A stretch of 64,000 nucleotides of DNA from the human T2T-CHM13v2.0 reference genome, Homo sapiens: assembly GCF_009914755.1 (NCBI RefSeq), contig NC_060932.1; one strand, 5' to 3'. This document shows positions 1-13,920 of the stretch, piece by piece. The translations under genes were made by a program, and so were the position numbers. The notes beneath the pieces were generated by a model. The model was not told the origin of the DNA. It did no database searches and saw only the letters and a list, made by a program, of their open reading frames with translations. Numbering within the stretch: the stretch's first letter is position 1; every line of letters starts with the position of its first letter.

Positions 1-574
1 TTGGGCATCCTGCATTTTATCTGCCAGCCCTAGTGGAAAGGCCATACTTTTGCAGGACTCTGAATTCTTGACATTTCCAAAATAATAATCATAACTCTGG
101 GAATGTAAATGCCTGAGACAGATGTAGGGGTTTGCAATATGCCAAATTGAGGACACCGAGAGTGAAGCTGGCACCCTGAGAGGGAGAGGTGGATCTGCAT
201 AATTATCAGTGAATTAAATTGCTTTGTTGCAGAGAGTCAGCTTATTAAATATGCATTTCAATTTTGGAGTGGTTGGCTGAAGAATTTGAGTATCAACAGA
301 TGGGAAATCCCTTGCTGCAGCCATGACCTTTACCTGTCATGCTGGTTCACAGGACCACATGCAAGAAGACATGATTATTATTCTCCCAAGTGTCATTCTC
401 CGGAGGCTTTGGACAGGGAGCATGAGGCTCCCATTGGGCAGGCTGGGCTGGGAATGTGGCAAGCCACATGGCTACCTAGATGGGCACATGGCCTTGTTGG
501 CTTATGCTAATCTTCTCATATGACTTGGCTCTTCCCTCTCTGTGAAAACAACACTGTTCTTAGTGTTTAACAAA

Positions 575-715
575 CTTGAGTCCTGGTCCTGCCGCTGTCT
601 CTCTCAAGCTTTATGAGCTGGAGCAAATCATAAAACCTCTCTGAGCCTCAGTTTCCTCAGTTGTTAATTGGGGATAATATTACCCATCTAACAAGGTCAT
701 TGGGTAGAGTCAATG
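575..715 (+). mobile_element. MIR SINE fragment
   Basis: MIR core AACCTCTCTGAGCCTCAGTTTCCTCA...GGGATAATA; boundaries approximate. Confidence 0.7.
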
Positions 716-1916
716 GCTCCCTGCCTATGTAATTGTACCAGTCCCTCAAACTTGCCCTAGTCTCTCTCCTCCTATTGTCTGTGTTCCCAAGGTGAGCCAT
801 TTTAATAGTGTCCTCCTAACTACATTAAAAGGCATGCTTTGCTAAGCTCTAATTGTAGAGATTTATTATTCCACTGTCTCCAACTCTGAGCCACCCAGCT
901 TGCTGGCATCAAATCATAAAACTGATCCATGTTAGCCAGACCCAGCAGGGCTCTCCCTGAGCTCGATCATCCTTTTACTCTTTTCCAACAGGACCATAGC
1001 TCAGAGCTTTTTATGGCTAAAACACAATGTGAGGTTTTGTTTGCACATTGCACACATGACCAGGAAGAGGAATAGGTTCATGGGATCTTGCCCTGGAAGC
1101 CTTATCTAATCCCTAAGAAGAGAAGTGCTTCAAGAGAAGATGAGAAGACTGCCTTGATGAGGGATTTTCTGAGGCATGGGGGCCCTCATAGCACTGCTTT
1201 GGAGCCTAGGTGACAAAGTGTGACTAAGTGTGTGATAGACACTAAGATACACCAGGATCCAGTTCCCAGTCCCCTTGCACTTGAGTGAGTGAGATGCTGT
1301 GTGTCATTCCCATACACTTAATTGACCATACAAACCCCTCCAAAATCCTCTTTCCCAGAGAATATCTACAGAGAGGCTAAGCGTTCCAGATGGTGCTGTT
1401 CCAGACCAGTGGAGGCTCTGTGACCCTGGCTTGCAAAGTTGTTGCTGAGTTACACGGGATCCACAGCAGGCGTTGCAATCCACACACAGATGTAGGTCTG
1501 AAAGTGTCATCAGACTAAAGTTTCCAAAACACACAGTTTACCATTATTATATCCATTGTGCTCTAAGGTTTTCTATTTTATTTCATTTTGCTTTTTTTTA
1601 TATTCAGGTCAACTCCACTCATAGATTTCATGATATGTGCTGGGACTTCAGACTCCCACTCTACGACTCCCACTCTGCTACTCTCTCTAACAGCACTGAC
1701 CTGCATTCTGCTGGTCACCCTCTGTAATTTCAGGTCAGTTTATGTTCAATTGTTCAGTGTCCGCTTGTCCATTAGGCTGTGATCTCCACGAGGGCAAGGA
1801 CCAGGTCTGTGTTGTTTGCTCCTCAGACCCAGCACTGACACTAAATGAGCCCTCCTAAAACCTTGATTGACAGGTTAAAATATATATATCAATGATATTG
1901 CTGCAGTGTCTATGAA

Positions 1917-2340
1917 TGTATTAGTTAGGGTTCTCCAGAAAAACAAGAGAGCGAGAGAGAGAGGAGATTGCAAGGAATTGACCTATGTGACTATGTAAGC
2001 TGAAAAATCCCAAGATCTGCAGCTGATAAGCCAGAGATCCAAAAGAGCCGATGATGTAAGTTCCAGTCCAAGGGCAGGAGAAGATCGAAGTCACAGCTCA
2101 AGCAGTCAGGAAGGAGGAATTCTTTCTTACCTAGGGGAGGGTCGGCCTTTTTGTTCCACTCAGGCTTTTAACTGATTGGATGAGGCCCGCCCACATTAGG
2201 GAGGATGACCTGCTTTACTCAGTCTACCAATGTAAATGTTAAGTTCCTCCAAAACCACCGTCACAGACACACCAAGGATAATGTTTAAACAAATATCTGG
2301 GCACCCTGTGACCCAGTCAAGTTGACCATTAACCATCACA
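1917..2340 (-). mobile_element. MLT2-family (ERVL) solo LTR
   Basis: Starts TGTATTAGTTAGGGTTCTCCAGA, ends CCAGTCAAGTTGACCATTAACCATCACA (reverse complement of MLT2 5' end TGTGATGGTTAA...). Confidence 0.8.
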
Positions 2341-2377
2341 GTGGACAATGTTAAACTTTCTATTATGGACGTATCCT

Positions 2378-2871
2378 GCGTTAGGAAGAATTATGGGCCA
2401 CTAAATAGCCACATCCTACACCCTGGGCCTTATAAATATGTTACTTTTTATGGCAAAAGAGACTTTGTAGATTGGATTAAGTTAAGGACATTGAGATGGA
2501 GACATTATCCTGAATTTTTTGGGTGAGCCCAGTGAAATTATATAGATTCTTAAAAGCTAGAGAACCCTTTCTGAGCTGTGATCAGAGGAACTGTGACTAT
2601 GGAAGAATGGACAATGAAAAGCAATGTGGCTGGCTCTGAAGATAGAGGAATGCCACTGAGCCAAAGAATGTAGGCAGCCTCTGGAAGCTAGAAAAGGCAT
2701 GACAACAGCAACAGAAGATTCTCCCCAGAGCCTCCACAAAGGAGGCCCCGTCAACACCTCGATTTTATCCCAGCAAGACCATATCAGGCTTCTACGGAAC
2801 TATAATATATTAAATCTGTGTTACCATTAAGCTTGTGGAAACTGCTTATGGTAGTGATAGAAAATAATACA
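2378..2871 (+). mobile_element. MLT1 (MaLR) solo LTR, MLT1D-like
   Basis: ATGTTAC...ATGGCAAAAGAGACTTTGTAGAT..ATTAAGTTAAGGA..TTGAGATGG; GATTCTCCCCAGAGCCTCCA; ends GAAAATAATACA. Confidence 0.75.
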
Positions 2872-2894
2872 TATTTATAAGTCTAAATGGTAGC

Positions 2895-3120
2895 CAATAA
2901 ATACTGACCATTTTCTGGGTACTTCTCTAAGGGTTCTGCATGTTTTAACTCATTTGATCCATACAACTCTATGAGGGCAATGATACTATTATCTTAATTT
3001 TACAGATGAGGAAACTGAGGCACAGAAAGTCTTCATAACTTGTAAGAGTTCAGTAAATGGCAGATCCAGACTTTAAACCAAGACAGTCAAGCTCAGAAAC
3101 CTAGTGCCTCACCACAGGCT
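2895..3120 (-). mobile_element. MIR SINE
   Basis: TTTTACAGATGAGGAAACTGAGGCACAGA core. Confidence 0.75.
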
Positions 3121-3344
3121 GTGCCTCTGTTCTTACAGTGCTCGGAATGGATGAAACAATGGCAGTGAAAGCCAGCTGTGTTCTTTGGCAGGTTTTTCAT
3201 TTGAATCCAAAGTATTATTTATATTTTACATTATAAATAATGTTTTATATTATATATTACTATTATTATTACTGGAGTGGGAGCAAGGCATAAGTACAGA
3301 GTAGGAAATTATGACTTCTGAGCACTCTTTTTAAGTCAGCTACT

Positions 3345-3395
3345 TCTTTTTTTTTTTTTTCTGAGACAGAGTCTCACTCTTGCCCCCCAGGCTGC
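3345..3395 (-). mobile_element. Alu 3' fragment (~50 nt)
   Basis: T-tract followed by GAGACAGAGTCTCACTCTTGCCCCCCAGGCTG, then abrupt end. Confidence 0.75.
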
Positions 3396-3399
3396 TATC

Positions 3400-3644
3400 T
3401 CATCAAGTTCCTCATCCCAGACCCATGATGTCTAAGTCCTTGGCCTGTCTTTAGCCATATCTTTGATGTCTCCTTTCAATAATTTTCCATCCACTGGCCC
3501 TGCACGCTGCTCCTTGCTATAAATCCTCATTTGTCCTTCCTGTATTCACAGTTGAGCCCCATCTTTCTCCCCTATTGCAATAGTCTTGAATAAAGTCTTC
3601 CTTACTGTTTTAACAAGGGGACAAAATAATTTTTTTCCTTAACA
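3400..3644 (+). mobile_element. ERV1-class LTR 3' portion, MER31-like
   Basis: CTATAAA, then GTTGAGCCC..CTCCCCTATTGCAATAGTCTTGAATAAAGTCTTCCTTAC..TTAACA terminus. Confidence 0.6.
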
Positions 3645-3694
3645 GTTAATTTATATCAACTGGGCTTTTTTTTCTTTTTTCTTTTTTGGAATGA

Positions 3695-3778
3695 GGAGGC
3701 CCAGACCCCACCTAAGACCAATAGAATCAGAATCTTGGGGATAGTTCTAATGTGGACCCAGGGTTGAGAGCCACTGGC
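3695..3778. mobile_element. MER5A-like hAT-Charlie MITE fragment
   Basis: CCCCACC..GACC..AGAATCAGAATCT...GGGTTGAGAGCCACTG. Confidence 0.55.
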
Positions 3779-3900
3779 CCAGACATTTGGCATAAATCTC
3801 CTTTGTGATGGAGAATCTGAGAGCTGGGCTGACTTTCAGACTGGACGACCCTGTAAATTCTTACCAACTAGGTTGGCCTTCATTCCTTCCCTATTATCAG

Positions 3901-4259
3901 TGTAGTAGTCCATTTTCATTCTGCTGATGAAGACATACCCAAGACTGGTTAAGTTATAAGAAAAAGAGGTTTCATGGAATCGCAGTTCCACATGGCTGGG
4001 GAGGCCTCACAATCATGGCAGAAGGTGAAAAGCACAGCTTACATGGCCACAGGCAAGAGAGAGAATGAAAGCCAAGCGAAAGGAACTTCCCATTATAAAA
4101 GCATCAGATCTCATAAGACTTATTCCCTACCATGAGAACAGTATGGGGGAATCTGACACCATGATTGAATCTCCCACCGAGTCCCTCCCACAACACGTGG
4201 GAATTACGAGAGCTACAGTTTAAGGTGAGATTTGGATGGGGACACAGCCAAACCATAGT
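3901..4259 (-). mobile_element. THE1 (MaLR) solo LTR
   Basis: TGTAGTAGTCCATTTTCA..CTGCTGAT.AAGACATACCC ... GAGATTTGGATGGGGACACAGCCAAACCATA. Confidence 0.85.
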
Positions 4260-4874
4260 TATCAGCCTATCCCCACTTGAAACAGGCTCCTTCACCCAGC
4301 TACAACAGGCTGCATCTCCTGAAATGCACCATGCTCTGTGTTTCCTTCATACATTTGCTCACACCACCTCCTTTCCCTAGAATGACTGCTCCATGCTCCC
4401 TACCACATGGGAAAAAATTACTTCTAATTAAGACCTCAGTTCAAGCACCCCTTTCTCTAGGTTGTCTGCCCCAATTCTTTCCAAGGATACAATGATCTCT
4501 TTCTCCTTCTGTCCCCACTGCCTCATCAATAAGACACCATCACATCATCCTCCATATCACACCTGAGACATCGATTGCCCCTGTGTTCAAACCTGACTTT
4601 GTATAGAGCAAACCACAGCATAGCTGAGTTAACTAAAACCAGAAACACAGCTCCCCACCAGACAACCTGGCTAAGGGCATGGTAGGACTTAATATTTATG
4701 TGAATGGATTTTCAAAAATCACTCATCTAAAATTAATACCAACAACATGAGAAGATAATAACAAAAGCTTTCATCAGATGAAATGAAGCTTATTATTTCT
4801 GCCAGGAAACTGCAAACTTGGGTAAAGCTCTATATTGAACACATAAATTGTTGTTGATATCATCAAATATTAGG

Positions 4875-5075
4875 AATCCTACAACATGGAGCATTAGGTT
4901 TAGAGTCCAAAAAACCTGAACTATAAATGAACTCCGCAGTTTTCTAAATGCATAACTTTGTGAAAGATAATCTCTCTGAGCCTCAGTTTTCTCATCTATA
5001 AAATGGGGATTATAACACTTCACTCACTTCCTCCAATAGGTTGTTTTAATCATTAAATAAAATAACTCATAACAA
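4875..5075 (+). mobile_element. MIR SINE
   Basis: TCTCTCTGAGCCTCAGTTTTCTCATCTATAAAATGGGGAT core. Confidence 0.7.
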
Positions 5076-6041
5076 AGCATATTTTATTTAACTCCAAAGC
5101 CCTCTACAAATGTAAGAAAGACTTTTAATATTTTTCCTAATTACTCATGTTTTTCTTTTTCTTAATTAGTATCAACAGTTTTACATTCATATGAAACAGA
5201 TTGAGATGTCCATTCAGGAATAATTAAGAAGAAAGGTTTATTTTAGAAGGACTGTAGGATGTTGTTAGAGGAAGAGCATTTTTTTTCTTTTCTTTCTTTT
5301 TTTTCTTTTTAAGGAAAAAATATGCAAATTGCTTTTTCTTGCTAAGGTTCTTCCATACAAACTGTAATAAAAATATCTTGCACCTAAACAATAGTTATAT
5401 TTAAATTATAAATAATAACTAAGAGGAAAGAATAACTAAAGAGAGTAAGCAAGGGAACTAATGTGTTTGATTCTCTTACTTCCTTGTTCATCATCTCTCT
5501 GGGTATAAGGCAATCTTTTCTTTTCAACAAACAAGGGATGCGTGTTCACATACATGCAGTGCATATGTAGATGCATGTGAATGTTTATATGAGTGCTTTT
5601 TTCTTCTAGTCTTTGCTTGATTGGTTGGTTTGTCTGGGGTGGAAGTAAATTTTATTTTTGACAATGTAGTACATGCATAAAGCCTAGAAAGACTGTCAGT
5701 ACTACAAGAACTCTGCTTCACAATTCTCTCTGAAGTTAGACTAGGGGCTCCAGGGGACATAGACTCGTTCCAGATGACAATTCTAGAATTCACAGAGCTA
5801 GCAAGGGAGATAGCTACCTTTTTTTGAAGTATTCTTGAGCAGAAAGGAGTTTTAAAGATCATCTTTTCCAACCCTGTGTATTTCCTCATTTTATAGATAA
5901 GGAAATAAAAAATGACCAGAGAGGAAGAGTGACTTACCTAAGATCACACAACTATTATTTTTACAAGCCTTTCCTAAGCATCTACCATATGCAAGACAAT
6001 ATTCTATTGAGGTGGCTCCAAGAAAAATAAAGCACAGTCTC

Positions 6042-6353
<312 letters not shown>

Positions 6354-7674
6354 TCAAAGAGTTGTTAGTCTAATAGAGCAGCATGTAAGTGTCCTATGAC
6401 ACAAGGCAGGATAAAATCAGAGCTAAAAAGAAGTGCTTAAGAACCCTGAAAGAACTGAAAATAATTTCTGATTGGGAAACTAGAAAGAGTTTCACAAAGA
6501 ACTAGCTTCTGAGCTGGGTATTAAGGATAGAAGGATCCAGGTCATGTAGTTCTATACACGTAGCTCCTATACTGGGATATTTTTCATTGTCACCCGCTGT
6601 CTCAGGGTACCCCTCTTGGAAAACCACAGCAAAATACCAGCCCCAAAAAAGATTAGGGCACAAAAGGAAACTGAGAAGAAATACAAGTGGGAAAGGACAA
6701 GTAGAAAGCAGTCGCCTTGAGAATGAAAGGGAACATCCTTAGAAGAAAACACAGCGCACCTGCTTGTATATAGCATCAATTAAAATGCAAAAAGCAAATC
6801 AAAGAGTGAGTATTCCCTGATCATGCTACAAAGTTAAAACAAGTCAGTAGGATTATTCAACAGATGATTATTGGTGCACTAACCTTCTTACATGTACAAA
6901 ATATAGACTAGATCCATACTTCACTTGGAGCAAGGCAGGGGAGATTAGATAAGAGAAGAAAGAAAAGCAATTTTAAACCAGAGTCCCAAATGTATAGAGG
7001 CTAGAATAAATGCCACTGTGCAGACTGGAAATGCTAAGCCTCATCACAGGAAGCCAGGTCAGTGCAGAAACAGTAGTCTGAGAAATTAACCAACATGGAT
7101 GTCATCACCCTAAGTGATTATTAAAGACATGGGGTGGTGAGACGACACAGCAAGAGAGTGCAGGGTGAGAGAGGAGCTTGAGCCAATATTCTGGAAAATT
7201 CCAACCTTTCAAGGACAGGGTGTAGCAATGAAGAGTCAGTGGTAACTTGAGTGATTACAATTTCATGGTGCAATGGGAGTGCAGGGCAGGACACAGTGGG
7301 TTGAGGTAGGTGCAAAACAAGGAATTATCCTTAAACCTGTACTCCAGCTACTTCTATAGAAGGCAGAAGCTACTCTACTGTCTTGCAAGCAAGAGTGCAG
7401 AATGATTAGATGCTGGGGCACATACTACACAGCAGGACAATGGAAGCTCCCTCCACCCAAAGGGGAAAATCTCTCAGACAGCTCTTGAAAAATGTTTCAT
7501 CCCAAGCTATAGAACTTCACTGCAAGCTTCATTCCCCACTCCATTCCCAACCACACACCCAGAAATAAAACATTTGATTAGGAGACCAAATATCCCAGTT
7601 TACACCTGTTGTCCTAGCATAATAATTGATGGCTGGTGTCATCCCCTTCTACTCCCAAAAGTATCCCAGTTTGG

Positions 7675-8010
7675 AAAGTAGACTAGTGGTTGCCAAGAGT
7701 TAGGAATGGTGGGGGAAGAGTGGGTAGACATGACCATAAAGGGCTAGGTAGCAAGAGGGAGATCATTGCCTAAGTGATGGAATAATTCTGTATCTAGATT
7801 ACATAAATCTGCACATGTGATCGATGACATAGAACAATGCACACACATTGTTCCCATGTCAGTTTTCCGGTTTTGATGTTGTACCCTAGGTATGTCAAAT
7901 GTAATCACTGGGGGAAACTGGGTGAATGGTACATGTATCCTCTTTGTACTATCTTTGCAACTCCTGTGAATCTATAATTATTTAAAGGGCTTATTTTAAA
8001 AAAAGAAAAA
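7675..8010 (+). mobile_element. Old L1 (L1MC/ME-type) 3' end
   Basis: AGTGGTTGCCA...GGGGGAAACTGGGTGAA.GGTACA...TGTACTATCTTTGCAACT..TGTGAATCTATAATTAT, A-rich tail. Confidence 0.7.
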
Positions 8011-8534
8011 ACAGCTCCAGCAGCATTCACTGAGTGCTGGATCAGGACTTTGCAGACCTAAGGAGATTTGTGCAGCCAGTATTTGCTTGGATCCGTACAG
8101 TTGCTAATAGAAACATAGATTGCTGTTGCTGTAGACATGATGTTGGGGAAGACCCTGTTCTTTGAAGTTTGGAATTACAAGACAGAGAGGCCAAGAATTC
8201 TCTGTAACTCTTTTATTAGCTCTGATGCAAGAAAGAAACTGTTCCGGCATGAAGCAGCAGGGAGAGATGTAGCATGTGGAAATGGATCAGTGCATGCCTC
8301 AGAACCAGCTCAAAGACAGCAAAGGAGATCAGGAAGGAGGACAAAGACATCCCCTGTCTATCAGTTTCATCAATGTTCAGGAAAGGAGAGAATTAGAAGC
8401 AAACACCAAGCCCACATCATAGTACAGCTATAAACACAATTAGCTTATTCTATATGGTGACTCTTGTCATTCTCAACCACTCAGTTTATTTTCTCTTTAG
8501 TGTCGCAAGTTAAAATAATCTTATCAGGTATCTT

Positions 8535-8750
8535 TAATAACCACGGTTTTATTGAATGTTACGTATCTACACCATTCATGTGTCATTTCACTTCAATCCT
8601 CACATGAACTTACAAAGTGTATATCATTATCCTCATTTTTCATATGAGAAAACTGAGATCCAGACAGGTTAAGTAACTTACCCAATGTCACACGGACAAT
8701 AAGGGGTAAGACCAGGATGCAAGCCCAAATCACTCCAATGCCAAACCTGT
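8535..8750 (-). mobile_element. MIR SINE
   Basis: ATTATCCTCATTTTT..ATGAGAAAACTGAG...GGTTAAGTAACTTACCCAA.GTCACA. Confidence 0.7.
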
Positions 8751-9138
8751 GTCATTCCACCACGCTATGCTGCCTCTTGTGGGATGAGACAGTCAAGGGT
8801 AGCCAAAGTGACAGGGTCACCTGAGCGGGGTGGAACCACCTGATGACTACACTCACAGTCCCATTGGTAAGGTGGGCAGAGAATGGCATCTGAGTATTCC
8901 CTGTGTTCCATCCACCCCTGGTGTTGGAGAAGCAAGGAGTCTCTCAGTTTCTTCCACCTTTCCCTCTCTTCCTTGAAGGTCTGAGTGAAGAAGAGAGGAA
9001 TCCTGCCATCCACACCTGGAGCCATGTGCTGAGCCCCTTTTTCAGAGAGCTCCTTCAGGTCCTATGGATCTAATGCACCCCCAACCACCCCACTCCCACC
9101 TGCACCAACTCGCCTGTGGATGCAGGAGCATTAGGCAC

Positions 9139-9504
9139 TGTATTAGTCCATTTTCACACTACTGATGCAGATATCCCCAAGACTGGGCAATTTACAAAAG
9201 AAAGAGGTTTAATTGGACTAACAGTTCCATGTGGCTGGGGAAGCCTCACAATTGTGGCTGAAGGCAAGGAGGAGCAATTCACGTCTTACGTGGATGGCAG
9301 CAGGCAAAAAGAGAGAGCTTATGCAGGGAGACTGCCATTTTTAAAACCATCAGATCTCGTGAGACTCATTCACTGTCAGAGAACAACATGGGAAAGATCC
9401 ACCCCCATGATTCAATCATCTCCCACTGGGTCCCTCCCACAACACGTGGGGATTATGGGAGCTACAACGAGATTTGGTTGGGGACACAGAGCCAAACCTT
9501 TTCA
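9139..9504 (-). mobile_element. THE1 (MaLR) solo LTR
   Basis: TGTATTAGTCCATTTTCACACT ... GGGGACACAGAGCCAAACCTTTTCA; flanks GGCAC / GGTGC are a CpG-decayed 5-bp TSD. Confidence 0.9.
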
Positions 9505-10049
9505 GGTGCCATAAGTTAAACTGAGACCCTCAAGGGATGGCCAATGTCCTCAGCAACTATTGAACACACAATAGAACAAGAGAAACCCAACTGCGAAGTC
9601 TCTTTCTCACATCCTTTAGGTGGATGGCATCTGCCTTGCATTAGAGAAGAGAATAAAGAACTTTCCTGGCCCGAGAACATCTCCAGCAAAGGATGCAGCT
9701 GGGAAAAGCCTGCTAAACCCACTCTCACAGCAAAATTTGAGGTCAATGGGCCAAGTTATTAGATCAGAAATTATGAAGCCAAGAAAGCGAGGAAAAGCAG
9801 CAGCAATGTGGCTGACATCTCCACTAAGAGGCTGGACAAATAGTGCCAAGAATTTTGTCCTCTGTTCACAGGACTCTGACAGGCAAGTGACATATCTTCG
9901 GATCAGATCAGCGGAGTGGCAAGGTGAAGTTAAGCAGGTCAGAGGCCTCTCAGTCTCCCTTCTCAGACACAGTTACAGAAGAAAGAGAGGGACTATGAAC
10001 AGTTAACGGCCTCATAAGATGTGCATAGAAACTAGCAACTGTGATTCAT

Positions 10050-10270
10050 TCAAGTTTACACTGCAGGCCCTGAGATAAGTACTTGAAACATATTTATCTC
10101 ACTGGATTGTCACAACAGCCATATAGGTCAGTATAATTATCATCTCCATTTTACAGGTGAGGAAACTGAGGGTGAGAGAGACCAAACAATTTGCCTAAGA
10201 TTTCATTGATATAAGCAATGCAAGCACAATTTGAACCCAGGCAAACTAAATTCCTGAACCCACACTTATA
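10050..10270 (-). mobile_element. MIR SINE
   Basis: CATTTTACAGGTGAGGAAACTGAGG...TTTGAACCCAGGC. Confidence 0.7.
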
Positions 10271-11657
10271 ACTACCCTTATTCTGTTTCCCACACAGTTA
10301 ACGATGGGAAGGGATGGGGGTTGGCGTGGGCAGAACTAGACTCTAGGTCTGTCCAGCTGTAAAACTCTGGCCTACTCAAAACACTGTATACCCATGGTTT
10401 CTTGGAGTGACACAAACACACACACACGTGTGCAAAATAGCATGCAGGCAATGAGCATGTACCCCATCTCTGCCTCCAACATACTTCCATCTTGCTTTAA
10501 TGTCTACCTTTTGTGTGTGTGTCTTTACAATGTCTTCTTTGAGGCTGCATGTCCAGGAATCAGAAAAACCCAGAGTTGGGGTCTCAGGGCTTCCTCCATG
10601 TGACTTTATATGAGAAGAATCGCTGGCTGTGGAATGTGAGACACACAGCCCATCTAAGCCACCAGGTAGTACCCCATGAATTCTGGGGCAGGGTCACCCC
10701 CAGAATGGGTAAGTGTTCACGGAGGGATCTAAGTCCAGCCAGACCTGGGACTTGCCCTGGCCTCCCCACCCCACCCCACTGCCACACACACATCTTTGCA
10801 GCTGTATGGTACTGGGAAAGTTACAGTCACAGTACTCAAGACCAAAAATTTGCCAGGTTTTCCAGTCAGATACCTAGCAAGTTTTGAAAAATCTGGACTC
10901 TGAACAAGTGAGGCAAAGCATCACTGAAATAAAAGCCGCAGGTATTATTTGTAAAAAAATAAAACTCCTAGAAGAGCAGCCGTGGGGTAAGTAAAGTATG
11001 GATGACCCGAAGGGGAGAGGAATAGAGAAAGAAACTGATGGGAGAAGAGAAGCCCCAGGTGCATGAGCCACGCACTCCCAGAAGCAGAACTGGGGCACCC
11101 CAGGTATGACAAAAACAACCTAAAGGAGAACCAGCCAGGAACACAAAACCTGCCCAAAGTGGCACCTGGGAGCAGGACTTTATGGGGTTCCACCTTCCTA
11201 GCCTCACCTTAGGGCCCTGTGCAAAGGCTTCTTATACAGGCAGAGAGGTTGTTCATCTCAAACATTAGTCTCATGGGTGCAGTGTCATTGGGGCCAACTC
11301 CTGCACACCTCTTCAGCAGCTCAGGAGTCAGAGGCCACGTGGGTCACATTACAGGTGGGCAGTGGTGAGACATTCAAGGATCACACTCCTCCTTGTCGTA
11401 GAGCCCCAGAGGGGAGCTTTGGCCCAGGTTAAGGCCCCAGTGACTTCATCAGTGGATCTGAACTGGGTAGTATCAAGTTGTTAATAATAATAATAAACAA
11501 GACTCATTAAGAGCTTAGTATGTACCAGTTACTGCTCTAAACACTTGCATGTAATAACTCATTTAATCCACATACAAGATCGAGATGATGTAATCATTTT
11601 TATCATGTTGTGAATATTAAAAGAGATGACACACAGTGTGTGATTTTGCTTTTTGTG

Positions 11658-11750
11658 AAATTGATGATAAGGATGATCACGGTAGTGGTGCTAGTAATGG
11701 TGGTGGCAGTGGCGATGATGGCAGTAACGAAGGTGATAGTGATGGTAACA
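11658..11750 (+). repeat. Degenerate (GAT/GGT)n low-complexity trinucleotide tract
   Basis: GATGATAAGGATGAT..GGTAGTGGTGCTAGTAATGGTGGTGGCAGTGGCGATGATGG... Confidence 0.7.
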
Positions 11751-11980
11751 TGCATTATAGTGTAGTGAGTAAAGATATTGATTTGGAGTTACACCAAGAC
11801 CTGGTTCAAATCCCAGCTCTACCACTTAGTCATTGTGTGACCTTAAGCAATTCAATTCTTTGAGTCTCAGTTTCCTTAACAGTAAGATAATAATATGTCT
11901 CTCATGGTATTCTTGGGAAGAGAAAATGCATGTCAATGCATGTCTTAGCACAGTACCTGGTACTTCATACGCTAGTGGCT
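11750..11980 (+). mobile_element. MIR SINE, near full length
   Basis: GGTTCAAATCCCAGCTCTACCACTTA..TGTGTGACCTT...CTTAGCACAGTACCTGG. Confidence 0.75.
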
Positions 11981-12134
11981 GCTGTGGAGAGAGGACAGTG
12001 GCAACAATGCCTGCAGCAACAACGGCAACGATGTCAGAGCTTCTCCACAGTGGAAGGGGAGTTCCTGATCACACTCTACACAGCCCTTCCAGCAGAGACA
12101 ACCTGAGGAGCCTCCTCTCTGGGGGAATGTTTTT

Positions 12135-12359
<225 letters not shown>

Positions 12360-12649
12360 TAGTCCCAAGTACACAAGAAGGCCTTCCATGCCGTTGCAGG
12401 CACCACTCACTTAACCATTAACCAAGCTGGCCCTGGCCACACTGGGAAACCGACAAAGGTTATCTCTGGCATTATTGCATCACCTTCTCACCCCTTGCCC
12501 TGGCTTCCTGGGACCTTACACCAACCCCTAGTCTGCTGGGACTAGAGTCCCAGCCTTACCACATCTCCTTCTCCTTCCCAGAGCATTGCTTTTATCCTTC
12601 TGTGTCCAGTCAGCATTTGCCATTTGGGGTTCTATGGCCTTGAAGTTAA

Positions 12650-12890
12650 TAATAATAATAGCTAACATATTAATATAATAGCTAATGTATATTGTGTGCT
12701 TACATTGATAGGTTTATGTAATCCTCACAACCACTCTATAAGTTGAGTGAAGGTATTAGCCTCATTTTACAGGTGAAGATGCTGAGGCTCAGAAATGGTA
12801 AGTAACTTTTCTTCGTCACACAGCTTATAAATTGCAGAACTGATACCTGACTTGAGATGTGTTTGATTTTGGAGCCCAGGTTCATTCTAC
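12650..12890 (-). mobile_element. MIR SINE
   Basis: AATCCTCACAAC...CATTTTACAGGTGAAGA..CTGAGGCTCAGA. Confidence 0.7.
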
Positions 12891-13714
12891 CATATGATGC
12901 TGCCTGCCTTAAGCAAAGGCTTAACCCACAGGACTGAGAGTATTGAACACATAGGATGAAGAAGAAGCTGTTGGGGGAATAATGCATTTGGCTGACTCTC
13001 AAATCCTTCTAGAAAGGAGCTCTCCACCACTCGCTTTTCTCCAGGCCCTGTCCAGGCATTGTCATTGTCCAACTCTCGTGGTTACTATGAATCTTAGAAA
13101 TGGTGTGTCAGCTCCACGTTCTAAAACTTGCTTGCTCATAAAACAGATTTAAAAAAAAAATATTGCAGCACATGCTTAGTTCCAGTAGTTCCACTTCTAA
13201 GTTCCACTTCTAAGAGGCTTTTGTAGAAACTGAGCAAGAGATAACAGTAAAAAGGGAGCAAATTCAAGCACTGGGACCAAAGTTTCCTGCATTGGACATG
13301 GTCATGACAACTGATATTGGTAAGATTTAAGAGGCTGTTGTGATCTTGCCATCAGCTCTGCCATTCTACCATTCTGGGACTCTTTATGATAATAACAGCA
13401 AAGGATGATTTCAGACTCCAGGTAACAGACAAGCTGATGGTGTTGCAGATGCAATGTTGGCACTCTCCAGGCAAGCCCAGTGTTCGGTGTATAAATAGAA
13501 GGCCGAGGTCATCAGGAAGCATGCCGGGGCTGAGGTCATCCTCCCCTGACACCATCATGGCAGGCCCCAGGCGAGTGTTGGGTCCACATCTGCTCCCCAC
13601 AACCAGCCTGAGTCAGGAGAACATGATAGGTGGTGAGCGGGAAGCCAGCAAGTTGACTGGAGAATATCACCTGGGAAAAAGGAAAAGCCAGCAGGATGAT
13701 TCAAAAATGGCAGG

Positions 13715-13920
13715 CAACTATGTACTGTGGGCCAGGTGTTGCTTTAAGCTCTTTATATTAATTGCTTCATTTAACTCTCATAATCAGCATGGCTACTATT
13801 ATCTCCATTTTATAGATGAGGACAAAGAAGGGGGGTAGTAATTTGCCCAAGGCAGTACACTGAAGAGTCAGGCTTCCATTCCAGGAGGTGAATCAAGAGC
13901 TCCTAAACTTAACCACCGGG
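13715..13920 (-). mobile_element. MIR SINE
   Basis: TCATTTAA.TCTCA...TATTATCTCCATTTTATAGATGAGGA...ATTTGCCCAAGG. Confidence 0.65.

Noticed and set aside
11636-11863. Gly/Asp-rich 75-aa ORF
   Set aside because: Low-complexity GAT/GGT tract running into a MIR.
13187-13212. 13-bp tandem duplication AGTTCCACTTCTA (similar simple ones at 1651-1676, 53888-53917, 62157-62180)
   Set aside because: Ordinary two-copy slippage duplications; no array structure.
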